Shown here: piece after piece, positions 11,967-24,985 of the stretch
Layout: each line of letters begins with the position of its first letter
Numbering within the stretch: position 1 is the stretch's first letter
Assembly: GCA_964036045.1 (NCBI GenBank)
Contig: OZ038379.1
Location: 19,592,001-19,656,000 of the forward strand
Direction of reading: 5' to 3'
From: Eutreptiella sp. 'Long Island Sound 2002'
Taxonomy: Eukaryota > Protista > Euglenida
Length of the DNA: 64,000 nt
The notes under the pieces: model-generated
What the model was told of the DNA's origin: nothing
Seen by the model: only the letters and a program-made list of their open reading frames with translations
The model's database searches: none
Made by a program: the position numbers and the translations under genes

Positions 11967-12073
11967 TGCCCAAAAGAGGGCGGCGGGGGGGGGTAGACAT
12001 GGCCCGCGTTCGGCCGGGGGAAAAAGGCCTCTAGGGGCTGTCCTTAACAAAAAAAAAAAATCTCGTCCCTTAA

Positions 12074-13655
12074 GGACAGCCTTGCCCCCGCCCGTTTATT
12101 GTTTTTGCCTATGTTGCCCAAAAGGATTCTTTGTGGTGTTGCATGGCACGTTGCATGTTGTGTTCCTATTTTTTTTTGTGGTTAGTGTTGCACAACATCC
12201 AAACAAAAGGTCAACAGACATGGCCACAAAAAACAAGAGAACTTGTGTAGGATGGGGATTGATTTTCATCTGTGCACACGAGGGACATGACAGCATGTGC
12301 CCTTCTGGTCAGGGGCCTATTCAACATGAACGCCATTGAATGGGACATTTGTTGGCAAATTTGTACATATCATTGGGAACCCGTGAAGGCCCCTGACACC
12401 GGGAACAGATGGTGTGGCCTCATTTGGGTGATGCAGGTTTTGTGATGCTTCCATGCAAGTCCACACGTTTCCTTGGGGGCGCCGATGCCCTTTTGCGGCA
12501 CAGCCACCCCAGTCAAGACACCAGAATCCAGGGGTCAGAATCATTGGTCTAGAGGGAAATGGGGGCAGCTTCAAGTTTCATCACCAGTACCAGCACCCTT
12601 TCGTAGGTCATCACCCGTAAAGCCCAGGGACGTGTTTCCACGGCTCAGGGCAGATGGGCGGGTCTTTGGCATTGCCCTCTGCTTGTCCTTGATTTTTTTT
12701 GTTTCACCTTGAAGCCAATGACCTAAAACCCTCATTACCATCAAGCTCCAACCCACAACAAAACAAGGATGTTTCAGACAGAGAAGTAGGCACAAATGTT
12801 GGATGTGTGCAGCAACTTTGTCTCAAGCTCCATGTTCTCCGTTGATTGTCTACTCTCTTGTGCACCCAAGATACACAATACTACTGATTTGTGCCGCAAA
12901 ATCCTCCTGATGGTCACAATACAGTGTATTGGGCAAGCACTTAGTGTAATTCACGTGGAAGATGGCCATCAAGATCATCAGTATTGCAAGATACACTTTC
13001 GGAACAGTCCCCAACTTGCGGTGTTCTGGACCAACGTACGAATGACTAGTTCAGCACTGCCTTTCTCCAAACCAATTTAGCAACAGTAGCACAAAGGCAT
13101 GTGCTTCCAAGACAGCTAGCGGATTTTGTTTGTCTTTTGGATTGACAAGATACATACAACTTATATTGTTGGCCGTGCACGCGGGCCGTTGCAAACCCTG
13201 GTACGAGATTAGACCACATCCAACCAAAACACCCCACTTCCCCATGTAGTTGCGCATCTGCTTATCAGTGTACATGCATGCGGTCACGTGTGCTGGTACA
13301 ACGTCCCACCTTTGTGACAAAGTGGTTGAATACATCTAACATCGGACCATCGTCAAAATGGTGTTCCGCAAGCAGGTCAAAGGTACGGGTTCGCTTAGGC
13401 ATCGGCATGCACGGTGTGAATGGGCCCGTGCAATGGGTCAAAACCCTCCATCCATAAATCAAGTACTTCAATGATTATTTTTGGGGCGGCACTTTTGGCT
13501 GTGATGCATTTGGGCTCAAAACTCCAAGGAATGAAATGATAACCCATCCGATCCTGCATGGCAACACCGACAATCTTACATCGTGTGGCAAGAGGCCACC
13601 GGCCACTGACCAACGCCAGCATTGGCCCCCGGAAAAGTGCCGTCAAGGGCGGTCC
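12074..13655. mobile_element. Putative TTAA-flanked DNA transposon relic (Kolobok-like ends)
   Basis: TTAA (12070-12073) then GGACAGCCTTG...; at the other end ...CAAGGGCGGTCC then TTAA (13656-13659). The ends are imperfect inverted repeats and the interior is decayed coding-like sequence. Confidence 0.45.
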
Positions 13656-14184
13656 TTAAGGGTGGTCTTAACAAAAAACAGAGTCCCTAAGGACCCCCCC
13701 TGAAACCTCCTCATGATATCTAGTTGAATTCACCACAAAAAGCTGAGCATTGTCGAGTATAGACACATGGGGTAAACAATGTTACCGACCCCTTCCGATG
13801 GGCCAAAATTTTTTTCTAGCACCGGCCAATTCCCCCATATTGGCACACAGTATGGTCAGGGCCTTCCAAACATTTTGGCCACCTTGAGGAGGGTTGGTTG
13901 GTTGGTTGGTTGGTCTCAAGGGCTGCAACCGGGCGCCCCCCCGTGTGTGTGCGCATGCCTTTTTGGCCCACCCTTTGTTGATGCAGTGCCATGGGACTCA
14001 GGGAGGTGGTGGTTGTGTGCTGAAATGTGTATTGGTCCAGGCTTGGGGCGGTGTGTGCACCGTAAAACGGGGACACAAACCACTGCACTAACAGCGCAAG
14101 TCATAGCGCCCTTCTATCGGTCTGCATGACCCAATGCTTTCAAACCAGTTGCCGCGACTTGAGGGTCATGGTTAGGGATGCAGA

Positions 14185-14340
14185 TTTGCATCGAATTTGA
14201 ATTCGAGCGAATTCGTACCGAATTCGAAATCGTGCAAATTCGGGCAAATTCGACTTCAATGGACTCATAATGAGAGTTGGTAAATTTTCCTCCGAATTCG
14301 AGCGAATTCGTAACGAATTGGAATTCGTGCGAATTCGAAC
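14185..14340. repeat. Cluster of (C)GAATTC(G) palindromic motifs
   Basis: Many GAATTC/CGAATT words in ~155 bp, arranged in two blocks. Confidence 0.8.
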
Positions 14341-17305
14341 CCCCACCCCTAGTCATGGTCAAGGCAAACAATGAAATGTGGAATCCAGACCATGCCAAAA
14401 GCCGCAAACAAGGCCCCCCACGAAACCCGTGCCATGTGTGGGGAGGACTTTGTGACGGGGGAGGCAACACTCAAGAGTGGGACATAGGTGAGTTATGCAC
14501 AATTTTTAGGCCTGTGAAGCAAGCGGGGTAGTTTTGGCTCTGCTGCCACTTTTTGAAGAAGAGTCCTAAAATAAGAGATACTTTTTCTTTGTACGGATTT
14601 GGGTCTGAAAAAATTGCCAAAAACAGGTTGTTTGGCCCTCTTTCCAACGTACCCGAGAGGCCTGGCCGTAGCGTCGCTCAGACTTTTGTGTGGAAGTTTG
14701 CTTCCCTGGAGCGTCCTTTGCCAGTAGCCCTATCTGTCCCAGGTTAGGATAGGTGGACACCCGTACCATGGGTGGTAAAGAATTTGTGTTGTAATGGGAG
14801 AGAGAGAGAGAGTGTGTGTGTGTCTTTTGTATGCGTATGTAATGTACCGCGGCACCACGTGTCTCTTTCGTGCATGTCTCCATTGTTTTATGGAATTACT
14901 ATTATTTCCTAGTTGGCTTTGGATGGTTACTATATTTCATGGGGGGCTTTGAATGGTTGTTGTTAGTTCCTGGTGGGCTCTGGATGGTTTGTATTGCTAT
15001 CTTCTATGCATAGCATGCACAACATTCATGATTGTCCGCCCACTACCACAACACTACGAATTCCAACAGCCAAACCACTCTCGGGGACGGAAATGGCATG
15101 TCATGCGCTTGCAACACAAATTGTGCCAGTGGCATCGTAGTTGGTCAGCCGCAGCCTGCCACATTGTAGAACAGCTCCAAGCAGTGTTGTGGCAGAGATA
15201 TAGCCAACGCAGGCCTCACGACGTCAAGGTCCCCTATGGCCAGATTGCGCAGAAAGCCACTGCGGTGAAACACCCTCCACTCCCTGTGTAATGCAAAATC
15301 CGCAGCACCATGTGGGACTGCATGACCAAGCCTTTCGAGGTCACAGGCACCCCTCCCCCCTTGCATAAGCATGGCTGAAGCAAGCGGCCAAGCCGTGCTT
15401 CTGCGTAAGCCACAAGCCAAGCGGTTTGAGGGAAATCACACAAAAACAAGTAGTGCAGTCACAAGCAGATGTCGTTTGCACAAAGAGCACGAACGACTCT
15501 TCGCAGGCATAACTCTTTCCTACTCCTTTCCCAACCGTCCTTTCCATGGTTCTAAAGAGTGGCACACACAGCACCTCGTGCTGCTTGGACGGGCGCTGCT
15601 CCCAAAAGGGAGCCGGAGGGGGGGGGGTCTGAAATCTGCAGCATCACCCAAAAAACATTGTATGAAGAAACCTTCCGTGTTGCATGCGGCATACTGCACC
15701 TGCACACTGCATACACCCCCGCTTGATCAGTGTCACTGATTGCGCAGACCCCCACAGCTGTCGCCCTTTGCGCCAACTCCATGCTCATAAAAATGATACC
15801 ACAAAGGCACACACGATATGTAATGGAAAGAGGGTGAAACGCAGGACAAGGCCACAAATGCATCAGAGGCAGTCATGTGACAAATGGCGGCCGCCCCCCC
15901 CCAAACGCACACAAATGGATTGACGCCACGCTGCATGACTCCGTGGCTGAGGGTCAATGGCAGGGACAGAGGCAAAAGGACATTGTTGCGGGTTATGGTC
16001 GGACAGAATTGCGGATGATTGGCAATTGGCATCGGGGTACCCTCACGTCAAGACCCCGATCCAGGTACCAACCCAAAACGGCCCCAGATGTGGGAAGTCA
16101 CGCATTGGGCCCAAGGAAGGCAGGCGGATTGGATCGGGAGGCACACAACCGTGGCTTCAGGAAGATCTTTCTGTGAAAGGTTCACGTTGATCGTGGTCCA
16201 CAAGTCCACAAATGTCCGATCGGTACGTGTGGTACAGCACCCTTCCCAAGGGGGAGTACCCCGTGTGAATGTGGACATCCAACAGTGTGCGAGAACTTTG
16301 GGAGGTCCGGAGGGGGGGGGGGGGTGTGGGTTCTGAACGAGGGTGCTCCCCTTGACCCCACCTTCCGTTCCAAACACCCCCAATGAAATGCAAGGAAGCG
16401 GCACTCCGAACCATGGGAAACCGACATCTCAGCCACGCAATGCCTGTCAGGGGGTGCTCACCATTTTGTTTTCATGGATACCACGCAACTACCACATGCC
16501 GTCCTAGGCAACGTCACGTTTCCTGACTGCCTCCGCCCAGAGCCCCAGCCCCGTGTGACCGAGAAATACCCAATTGTGAAGCAGAGGCAAGTGGCACCCT
16601 CGGGACCTGCACTCCTCAGGGCATGCCTCCGTGCAGCATGAGGCCATTGGGACATGGTAGAGGAGAGGCAAAAGGCGTCCACTGATGATCCAGAGCCGTG
16701 GCTCATGTTGCCTTCGTGCTCATGCGTGTGGCGCATGCCTGTGGCTGGCGTTCCCACCTGCCCAGAGGTTGCGGGGCTGGACAGCAGCCGGCAGGGGGGT
16801 GAACCAGGTGAAAGAACACACCAGCAAACCCGTCGGAGTGTCTTGTGAGGGTCGAGGTACGCTCCAGATGGAGGTCTAACAAAGCTTTTGGATTCGATGA
16901 ATGGGTCGAGACCATTGCGGGAGCTTATACTGCGGCTGGGTACCGCCTTGAGGAAATGCAACATGCCAGTCGACATGGTGGAGATGCAGGCACAGTTTCA
17001 CGGCCCCTTCCCATCGCCGTGACGCCTACAACACCAATGCCTGCTGCTTCTTTGACACCCATGCCAATGGAGGGTTTCGTCTGCGCAAAAGAAGCTCCCA
17101 ATGGCTGCAACCGTGGCGAGGCGCAGGGCGGGCCAGTGAAACGAATACCTCTGGTCTTTGTGGTCTCTAGACTGGCCGTCCATCGATGGTGGTTCGCGGT
17201 TATGAGCGGGGCAATGGACACCGATGTGGAACCCCTGCCGTCCCTGTAGCAAGCTACATAGGGCGGGATAGATGTATGTACTCTAGTAGTGGAGGGTATT
17301 TGGAG

Positions 17306-17384
17306 GGTACGTCAGATTCGACCTCACATCCCTCATCCAAAGCATTCCTGACTCTCAGGTGGCTAACCGCTGAGCTACCCGGCC
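17306..17384 (-). other. tRNA-derived SINE-like head
   Basis: Minus strand reads GGCCGGGTAGCTCAGCGGTTAG (A-box-like) ... GAGGTCGAATCT (B-box-like). The cloverleaf is not intact. Confidence 0.45.
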
Positions 17385-18871
17385 CCGGTGGTGAGGTTGG
17401 GCCGCCCTTCCGGATTCAAGCACGATCCTTCTCAGGACCTCCTCCACACGTCACTCAGTGGGGCAGGCAAATAATCGAACCTGTGGCGAGATGCCCTTGA
17501 GTTCATGCCTCTGATCATTGGGCAACGGGAGTGCCCCGGGCGGTTGGCGGTCAACCGACGGCCGTCGGCCGTTAACCGCCGTAGTTGGCAGTGAACCGAT
17601 GGCTTTTTCCCGGACAGTGCACGGCGGGTTCGATGAGGGCTGGTTGGGTACCGTGTAGTTCAATGCGTGTCCAGTGCCTTGTATTGTATCTTGTCTGCTT
17701 CTGTGGAACGTGGTTGTTGGTGTGGATCGGGGGTTCTACACATTGCAGTTCTGTGGGTGTGAGGGGAATGGTCGTCCCAGTGCTCCCCATCGCAGCAGCA
17801 CTGCCCCCCCTCGCTGCCGCCGGCTTCACATGCAGTCATTCCCAAGGCTGTAAGGTTTGGGGGGTGCACACCACCACAAACAATGTGGGAGGGTGTGACA
17901 CAGGGCCCGGGGGGTTTCGGATCACCGAGTGCTACCCCTACCCGTCGGTGGTGCGCTGCACTTCCAGACATTTCACCTGTGGAGCTGTTGCCTGGGCTGC
18001 CAATGGAACCTTGTCTGCATGAGGCTCCGGCCGTGCCTGCCATCTCACCAACGACCTGCACTGCCTTCTGTCGAAATCGATATTTCAGACTGCCCGGTGT
18101 TTGCCCCTCGTCCCCCTGCTCCAGCTCGTCCCCCCCCCCCCCCAAGTGGAGTAGGCCAGCATAAGGTGTTTTGCCCCCCTGCCAAGGGCTTAGTAGGCGT
18201 GCATACAGGTTGGTGGTTGGTGCGGGAGGCGGCGGATTGGCACCGGGGGGGGGGGGGGTTGGCACAAGGCCTCGGTATCAGGTTGTTTGCCTTTGGCGGC
18301 GCCTGTTGGCCTCTCGCCACTGATCATTCTGACCCTCTGTGGGTCCGAACGTTTTTCGGTTGTGTCAACCGGGGGGGGGGGGGGTTGGGAGTGGTTGGGG
18401 TCCTCCAGATCCCCCCCCCCCCCCCCGCCCCCACACATACCCATCAGCGGGGCTCCGCGACGGCAGTCCAAAAGCCGGCCCTGGAGGGGTGCCGTAGGGG
18501 CTCAGTAAGTGTGCCTGTTGGTACCTCCGGGGGTTGGCACTGGTTTGGGGAATGCGCACATTGTTCGTCCCCAAAAGTGGGGAACCGTGACCTTTGATGG
18601 CTGAGAATGGGACACTTGTCCCCCTGCTCACAGGTGCTGCTTGTGCCCCATGGCGTCCCTCCCACGCTGCCGCCGGCACTGCTTCACACGAAGGCTTTCC
18701 CATGACGGTGGAGTTTGCAGGGCGCTCACCACCACCACTGATGTGGGTCGAGGGGCGGGAAAGGGGGGGAGGGGTCTGGGTCCCCGTACGTACATACACA
18801 CACACACACACATACCAAGGCTTCCATTCGAATCATGCTCAAACTGCGAGGTTCAACATTCCTACACTCCT

Positions 18872-18925
<54 letters not shown>

Positions 18926-19078
18926 CTCAAAAGGATCCCCCACGACGCACTCATCGTGTTGCGGCCCGGTTTCTTCGAGTACCCCCCTGTCGAAGAGCCC
19001 CCGGGCAGACCTCTTTCCGCACCCCCTTTGGGGTGGGTGGGGGGTGTCCGGGTCGCACGTCAGCCACCCGTCCTTGGT

Positions 19079-19444
19079 CTAGTAGAAGCCTCTGCCTCCA
19101 GCGCGCCCGCCATCGTCCACATCGCCTCGCGCACCAAATCGCCTTCCGAACGACTCAACGGGCTCCTGCTCTTTCGACTTCTTCGGCTCCCATCGGATCG
19201 GCCGCCCCTTCCCCTTCCCCTTCGCCTTCCCATTCTCGTCCCGGAACACCACCTGCTGCCGCTTCCAGTCATAGTAGAGGGGCTGGCGCATGCCCGGGCG
19301 GCGGTGCGGCATCCAGCTCCGGCCTTGCGTCTCCGCCCACGGCGGCAGCTGATTGAGTCGGGTGACGTAGCCTCCGCCGTGGCTCCGGACGTTGAACGCA
19401 GCGTAGTTGCCGGGCTCTGGACCCTCGGCAATGTCCATCTCCAC
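19079..19444 (-). CDS. Plastid-targeted cold-shock-domain protein, exon 4 (last)
   Basis: Acceptor TTTTCTCAG|GTG. Splicing gives EGER|VEMDIAEGPEPGNYAAFNV, which completes the CSD barrel. Basic/RGG-like tail ends at TAG 19079. Confidence 0.88.
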   Translation of the reverse strand: MEMDIAEGPEPGNYAAFNVRSHGGGYVTRLNQLPPWAETQGRSWMPHRRPGMRQPLYYDWKRQQVVFRDENGKAKGKGKGRPIRWEPKKSKEQEPVESFGRRFGARGDVDDGGRAGGRGFY

Positions 19445-21572
19445 CTGAGAAAACCAGAGGGGCCTTGGGGGTCGGGGATGGGGCGCCGTAATTGTGTGTT
19501 GTGGAGGCGGTGCCTCCAGATGGCGTGTGGTTGTAGGGCAGCGTGTACGTGAGGAGGGGGTATTGCGCGCACGCGTGTGTGTGTTGGGAGGGGCGTGCCA
19601 TAGAGGCGGCGGAAACGTGCCCCGGGGTACTCCCAAGTGCACGCACAGGCTTGAGTCTTCAGGAGGAATTTGTCCACATTGCTTTGCCCAAGCCATTGGG
19701 GGAAAAGTGTTAATGGTACGCGAGTGTGGGACACTTTTCCCGCTACTCACGGGTGCTGCTTCTGCCCCTCAGCGTCCCTCCCGCGCTGACGCCGGCAATG
19801 CTCCACGTGCAGTCATTCTCATGACGATGAGGTTGGAGGGTGCTCAGCACATCTGATGCGGGGCATTACCACCACCAGCCCCAGGGGGTTCCGGGTCGCC
19901 AAGTGTTATCCAACAGGGGTGCGCTGCATTGCCATCGGCTTTCTCTCCCCGTTCTTGCGGTGTGCCGACGGCGTGTGGCGTGGCGGGGGGGGGGTGACCT
20001 CATTAAAAAACAGACAAATGCAAACCAGAGGTAATGCACTCCACAGTCAGGCATGAGTGCATCGTGGCCGGGGGGGGGGGGGGGATGCAGTATTATTATT
20101 ATCATTTTGTTCATCCGCCAGTCCCGAGTGCAGCCCCTATCGGGGAGCGGAATCATGGCCACGCCACGGTCCGTAATGGTGTTACTTGCTGGTCTGCCTG
20201 GGGTGTGTGTGGGGGGGGGGGGGGGGGGTACAGTACTATGGGAGAGAGTCTGTCCGAGATTGCAGCTACGGCCCTCGTGGCGCCCGCCCCCTGCCGGCGC
20301 TGGCAGGCCAGTCGCTCCCAAACCGCCGAAAGTGGGAGGGTGCTCTCCACCACAAATGATGTGGGTCAGCGCGGCAGAGGGCCAGGGGCGTTTGGGGCCC
20401 CAGGCGCTGCGCATCAGCGGTGCGCTGCAGTTGCAGGCCTTTTGCCTGCGTCGTCTGTGTGCCTCGTGCTGGCGCTTGGGAGGGACGTCTCGTGGGGCGA
20501 CCGCGTTCGTGAGGAGGGGGTCCAGCAGCAGTCCCTCGGCCCCAGCCCCCCAGGCCCTGCAACACCGGCCGCGCACGCGGACTGACCGCGAAACGCAATG
20601 CGGTTTCACTACAGAGACCAGATGGCACACCCCCACACGAGGGCCCAGTGATCCAGAGCAGTGAACGTGCGGCGAGGGCGCCCTGTGGCCCTGCCAGTGG
20701 GCCCATGGCAGCCGATTCATTGCGCCGGTCTCGGCCATCGAGTGCGCCGTCGGGGGTCCGCTGGACGGCGCTTGAGGGGGGGCGCCAAAGACTGAAGACC
20801 GGTAGGTCTAGGCCGTCCGCCCCCGGTGTGCGTCGCATGGCCCAGGGTCGTCTGGTGGGGGGGTGGGGGGGGTAGCGCCCCAGTGGACCCACTGTAATCC
20901 GTGCACAAACAGCACCACGTGTGATGGGGAGTGGCCGGCAGGAGACTGAGCAAATCCGACTGTTTTGCGCAATACTGCCCCCCCTTCTCTGCCCTCATCC
21001 CTCCGGCTGTTGGCATTGCCCCCCCCCCCCCTCCCCTCGAGGGATGGATATCCCCCCCCCTCCCCAGCACCCCTTCCCCTTCGGTTACGAGTTTCGAGAT
21101 TTAGCGCACCAACAACAGGCCCCAAAGGGGGTCGGGTGAAGGGGGTCCCTGATACCTCAACATAGACCCTCAAAATGATACCCACGACCCGCTGATCATT
21201 TTGAGGTACGTGCCCTTGGGCACATTCGTTTAAGGCGTTTCCCTTGCGGCCGCTTTGCGGCCCAATACAGAAGCCACCGGGCCTCAGACTGCCCTTTTCT
21301 GAGGACTCCTGCGGGCGTTCGGCGGCCCCGCCCCCAACAGAGCCCCCCCAGCCCCGCCCAAATACTGATGCCCCTATCATCTGCATCCCCGCCCCCCTCT
21401 CTGCCCTCCCCCCTCCTGCGGTAGGCATTGCCCGTCCCTCGCTGCCCCAAACGACGAAGGGGCCCACCAGCTGTAGGCTCTAGGCCCTTCCAGAGACGTC
21501 CTTCGGGGCTCCAAAGGGCCATCCCCCCCCCCCCCCTCAGAGGCAGGGCCAAGGGCGGCAGCGGGCACACAC

Positions 21573-22675
21573 CCGCTCCCCCTCCGTCATGTTCTGACTC
21601 CCATCGTCCGGCTTGTTCGTGACCTCTGACACGTGCAGATACACTTCCTCGAGGCCGTCGTCCGTCGTCACGTACCCCTCCTTCTTCCGGAAGTCCCACC
21701 AGCTGACGTTCCCCCGCGTGCGGCCCAGCAGCCGCATACCCTTCCGCTCCCACGCCACCAGCGCCCCCGCGCCCCCCTCTGCCTCGCGCACCGCCACGTC
21801 CGTCCCGGCGTCCGGGTTCGCCTCCATCGTCTCCCCCGCCTCCGCGGCCGCCGCCGCGGCCGCCTCGTCAAACGGGACGTCGCCGTCCCGCGTCCTGTAC
21901 ACAAAGAGGCCGCCCTCCAGCCGCGCCCCCTTCCCGCCGTCGTGCACGTTCAGGACCCGGCCCTCGGCCAGCGCCTCCCGCAGCCCCTCCTCGTCCTCCT
22001 CCACCGCGCGGCTGTACCGCGACTGGAGCAGCGGCCCCAAGGCCCGGGCCTCGAACGGGTGTGTGAAGTGCAGGCCGTCCGCCTCGAGCGCCACGACGAA
22101 GGGCTCGCTCGCGTACACGTCCCCCGGCGGCGGCGGCGGCTCCAGCGCAGCGCTGGCAGGGGCCGCGTCGTGGGCCGCGTGCGCAGCGGAAGGGGGCGCC
22201 AGGTCCGATTTTGACGCAGGGCTCGGCTGCCAGTCCCGGGGCGGCCAATGGCTGGCCACAGCGGCCGGTCCAGCAGCTGCGCCAGGGCGCCCCGCGGGCT
22301 CCTGATGCGCTGCCTGCGGATCCAGCGGCCCACCCCGGACCACCGGGGCCTGCTCATTCAAGCCCTGGCCCCCGCCGGGGGCGTCCGGGGCCGGGTCTGG
22401 CGCTCCCCCCATGACCCGGCCCCGGCCGCCCCAGCCCCGCCCCCAAGAGTTATACCCGAATCCTTCGCGACCCGTGCGGGCCCTCCCGCCCGGATTCCAG
22501 CCCCGCCTGCCCTCCCACGCCTCGGGCCCCGCTGCGCTGCCTTGCGCTGCCGCCCGGCGGGCCTCGGCCCAAGGGTCTGGGCCTGGCTCTGGATCGGGCT
22601 CTGGCTCTGGGTCTGGCTCGTGGGAGTCTGCAACGTCCGCTTCCACGTCCACAAAGTCGTCGTCAGGGCGCTGGC
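21573..22675 (-). CDS. Plastid-targeted cold-shock-domain protein, exon 3
   Basis: Acceptor ATCTCAG (phase 1), donor CGG|GTGTGT (phase 0). Encodes an acidic/EP region, a GRGW-rich segment and the CSD start RGNVSWWDFRKKEGYV...DDGLEEVYLHVS. GC3-rich. Confidence 0.88.
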
Positions 22676-23235
22676 CTGAGATTGTAGAAGGGGGTAAGGG
22701 CAGAGGAGAGGGGGGATGGGGGGTTCCACTAGTAGGAGAGGTGAGGGGCAGAGGGTGGGGACTACAGGGGGTGACACACTGAGGGGGGGGGGGATACTTG
22801 CGCCGCGTGCGCCATGCGCGCACCTTTTGAGCGCTAACGGATTAACCCACCGGAGGCCACTAATATGTCCCAATATTATTTCCAGAGCGGTCCCGAAGAG
22901 CAAAAAAACAGAAACACGATGGCGTCCGTGGGTAATCGATAGCGGTTGGATGTGACGGACGGCGGTTGGAGGGTAACCGGCGTTTGGAGGGTTTTTGACG
23001 GTAAATCGAGCGATCCCGGGGGGTGGTCCCTTGATTCAACAAAAAAACAAAAAAACAAAAGAGCGTCCTTCAGGACCGCCCTGATCCCCCCCCCATCATT
23101 TCACACTGTCCACTGTGCACTTTGCACTTCTGCTGGGTTGCCCCCAGTTGCCCTAATGGCTGCGCGACGCGGTGCCGCGACGCCGCCAGTGCTCCCCCGG
23201 ACACCGCCCGCCTGCAAGCAACGCATACACAGCAC

Positions 23236-23395
23236 CTGCAGCGGCCAAGAGGGCCACTCGCGACGGCGGCTGTGAGACTGCCGCGCCACGGTGCATGAGG
23301 AGGAAGCCCCTGTTGTGCAGCGCCCAGATCAGGGCCAACGCAGAGGAGATGGTCAGGAGGGCGGGATCAAGGATTGCCCGGAAGCGGGCGTGCAC
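23236..23395 (-). CDS. Plastid-targeted cold-shock-domain protein, exon 2 (second hydrophobic segment of presequence)
   Basis: CTGCAG|GTG acceptor and GCAG|GTGCTG donor. 160 nt, phase 0 to 1, compatible with both neighbours. Encodes ILDPALLTISSALALIWAL. Confidence 0.7.
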
Positions 23396-24326
23396 CTGCA
23401 GAATGGCCCATGGGGCAAGTGAAGCGATGGCACCAGCGGACCTGCCCCCGTCGTTCACCACAGGCCCCGTTAGACGTCCACTAGCGCCCTGCACGGACAG
23501 GGGGTCTCAATAGGACCCAGCTTCTTCCCGTGTGCCACCTTGTAATACCCGCCCGTGTCACATTCACGGCTATTAAGAGACGGCCCCGTCCAGTGCATGT
23601 GTGACTCAGTAGGACTCGCCTCTTCCTGCCCATGTGTGAGGGAGCGCACGCTGGTGTCGTGCATGGTCCTTGGACACATCCACTGCTACACACGCACACA
23701 CACACACACACACATACCGAGAACCCAACGCCATGGAAGCCCATGGTGCATGGCCCTGGTCCTCGGACAAGCCTGTGCTTAGCCACAGGGAGAGTGCTTG
23801 GCTGGCGCGCGCCCGGCGCGCTACTGGTGTATTAACAATCCCAGATTTATCCCTATATTTACCCCCCGAGAGAAGCCCCCAAATAGACCAGAGTGGACTG
23901 CAAATGCCGGACATGGTCCCATGGTCCATAACGAGGCCCTATACCACCCATGTACACCATTGTGCAACTGCTGCCAGGCCATCAAAGTTCCATTCGTTCT
24001 TCTTATGAATGGCACAGTGACATGCATTCGGCCTTTATAAACACAATTTGTGGATTGTGAGTCCATATCCCCAACTCAAGGGGCCACTCAAGTTGTGGAT
24101 TGTTTGGTGTGGATACAGGGTGAGGCAAAGCAGGAAGGCGGTCGAAAATGGTCATGGGTGGGACATGGGCCCAAAAAGAAACCCAGCGCGCGCACTAATG
24201 CTCCCCCATAAGCACGACCACAGCCACCAACCAGGCTACAAAATTGCAAAGCCTGGCACATTGGTCCGAATGGCACCACAGGCACCCCCAAGTGCACTGC
24301 AACGAAGCACAGTACACTCTCCGACG

Positions 24327-24985
24327 CTACACTACACTACACTACACTACACTACACTACACTACACTACACTACACTACACTACACTACACTGCACTGC
24401 ACTACACTACACTACACTACACTACACTACACTACACTACACTACACTATACTACACTACACTACACTACACTACACTACACTACACTACACTACACTAC
24501 ACTACGCTACGCTACACCTCACCTCACCTCACCAACAAGCGGAGCGGTAAGGGGTCCCGAGGGCGGCCTTGAACTAGGACGGTCAGATGCTGGGGCACAC
24601 CTGGCCGCCGCACAGGTGCGTAACAAAGCGCGCGCACACGCACACACCCCTGCCCGTTTTGCTATGCCAGTAAGCAAGACATCCCGGCCTTTGCCTTCTG
24701 GTAACAGCGCCTTCGGCATACCACACCACACTACACTACACTACACCACACCACACCTCACCTCACCTCATCACACCACACCACATCACACCCCACCACT
24801 GTGGGAGGTCCGAGAAAATGACTACCCCAACCAAATGGTGAACGTTAACGTCTTCAATAGCCCTACGGCGTGGCAAGGTAGTGCAGTGCAGTGCAGTGCA
24901 GCGAGGTGTAGTGCTGTATAGTGCATAGTTGTATAGTGTGGCGCAATGTCGTGTGGTGCGGTGCGGTGCAGTGCAGTGCGATGTA
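24327..24985. repeat. Pentamer arrays: (CACTA)n and CACCA/CACCT, then oppositely oriented (GTGCA)-type
   Basis: (CACTA)n at 24327-24515, mixed CACNN at 24720-24790, GTGCA/GTGCG-type at 24878-24985. Confidence 0.9.

Noticed and set aside
16654-17249. Possible gag-like ORF remnant
   Set aside because: No zinc knuckle, protease, RT or LTR could be identified nearby, so it cannot be supported.
21613-22903. Overlapping ORFs across CSD exon 3 and the N-terminal MRAWRTRRK extension
   Set aside because: High-GC shadow frames. The extension upstream of 22675 is pyrimidine-rich intron ending in a clear AG.
24533-24650. Possible extra CSD exon between the pentamer arrays
   Set aside because: Not needed: exons 1 and 2 already join in phase with plausible TM spacing, and the candidate translation is uninformative.
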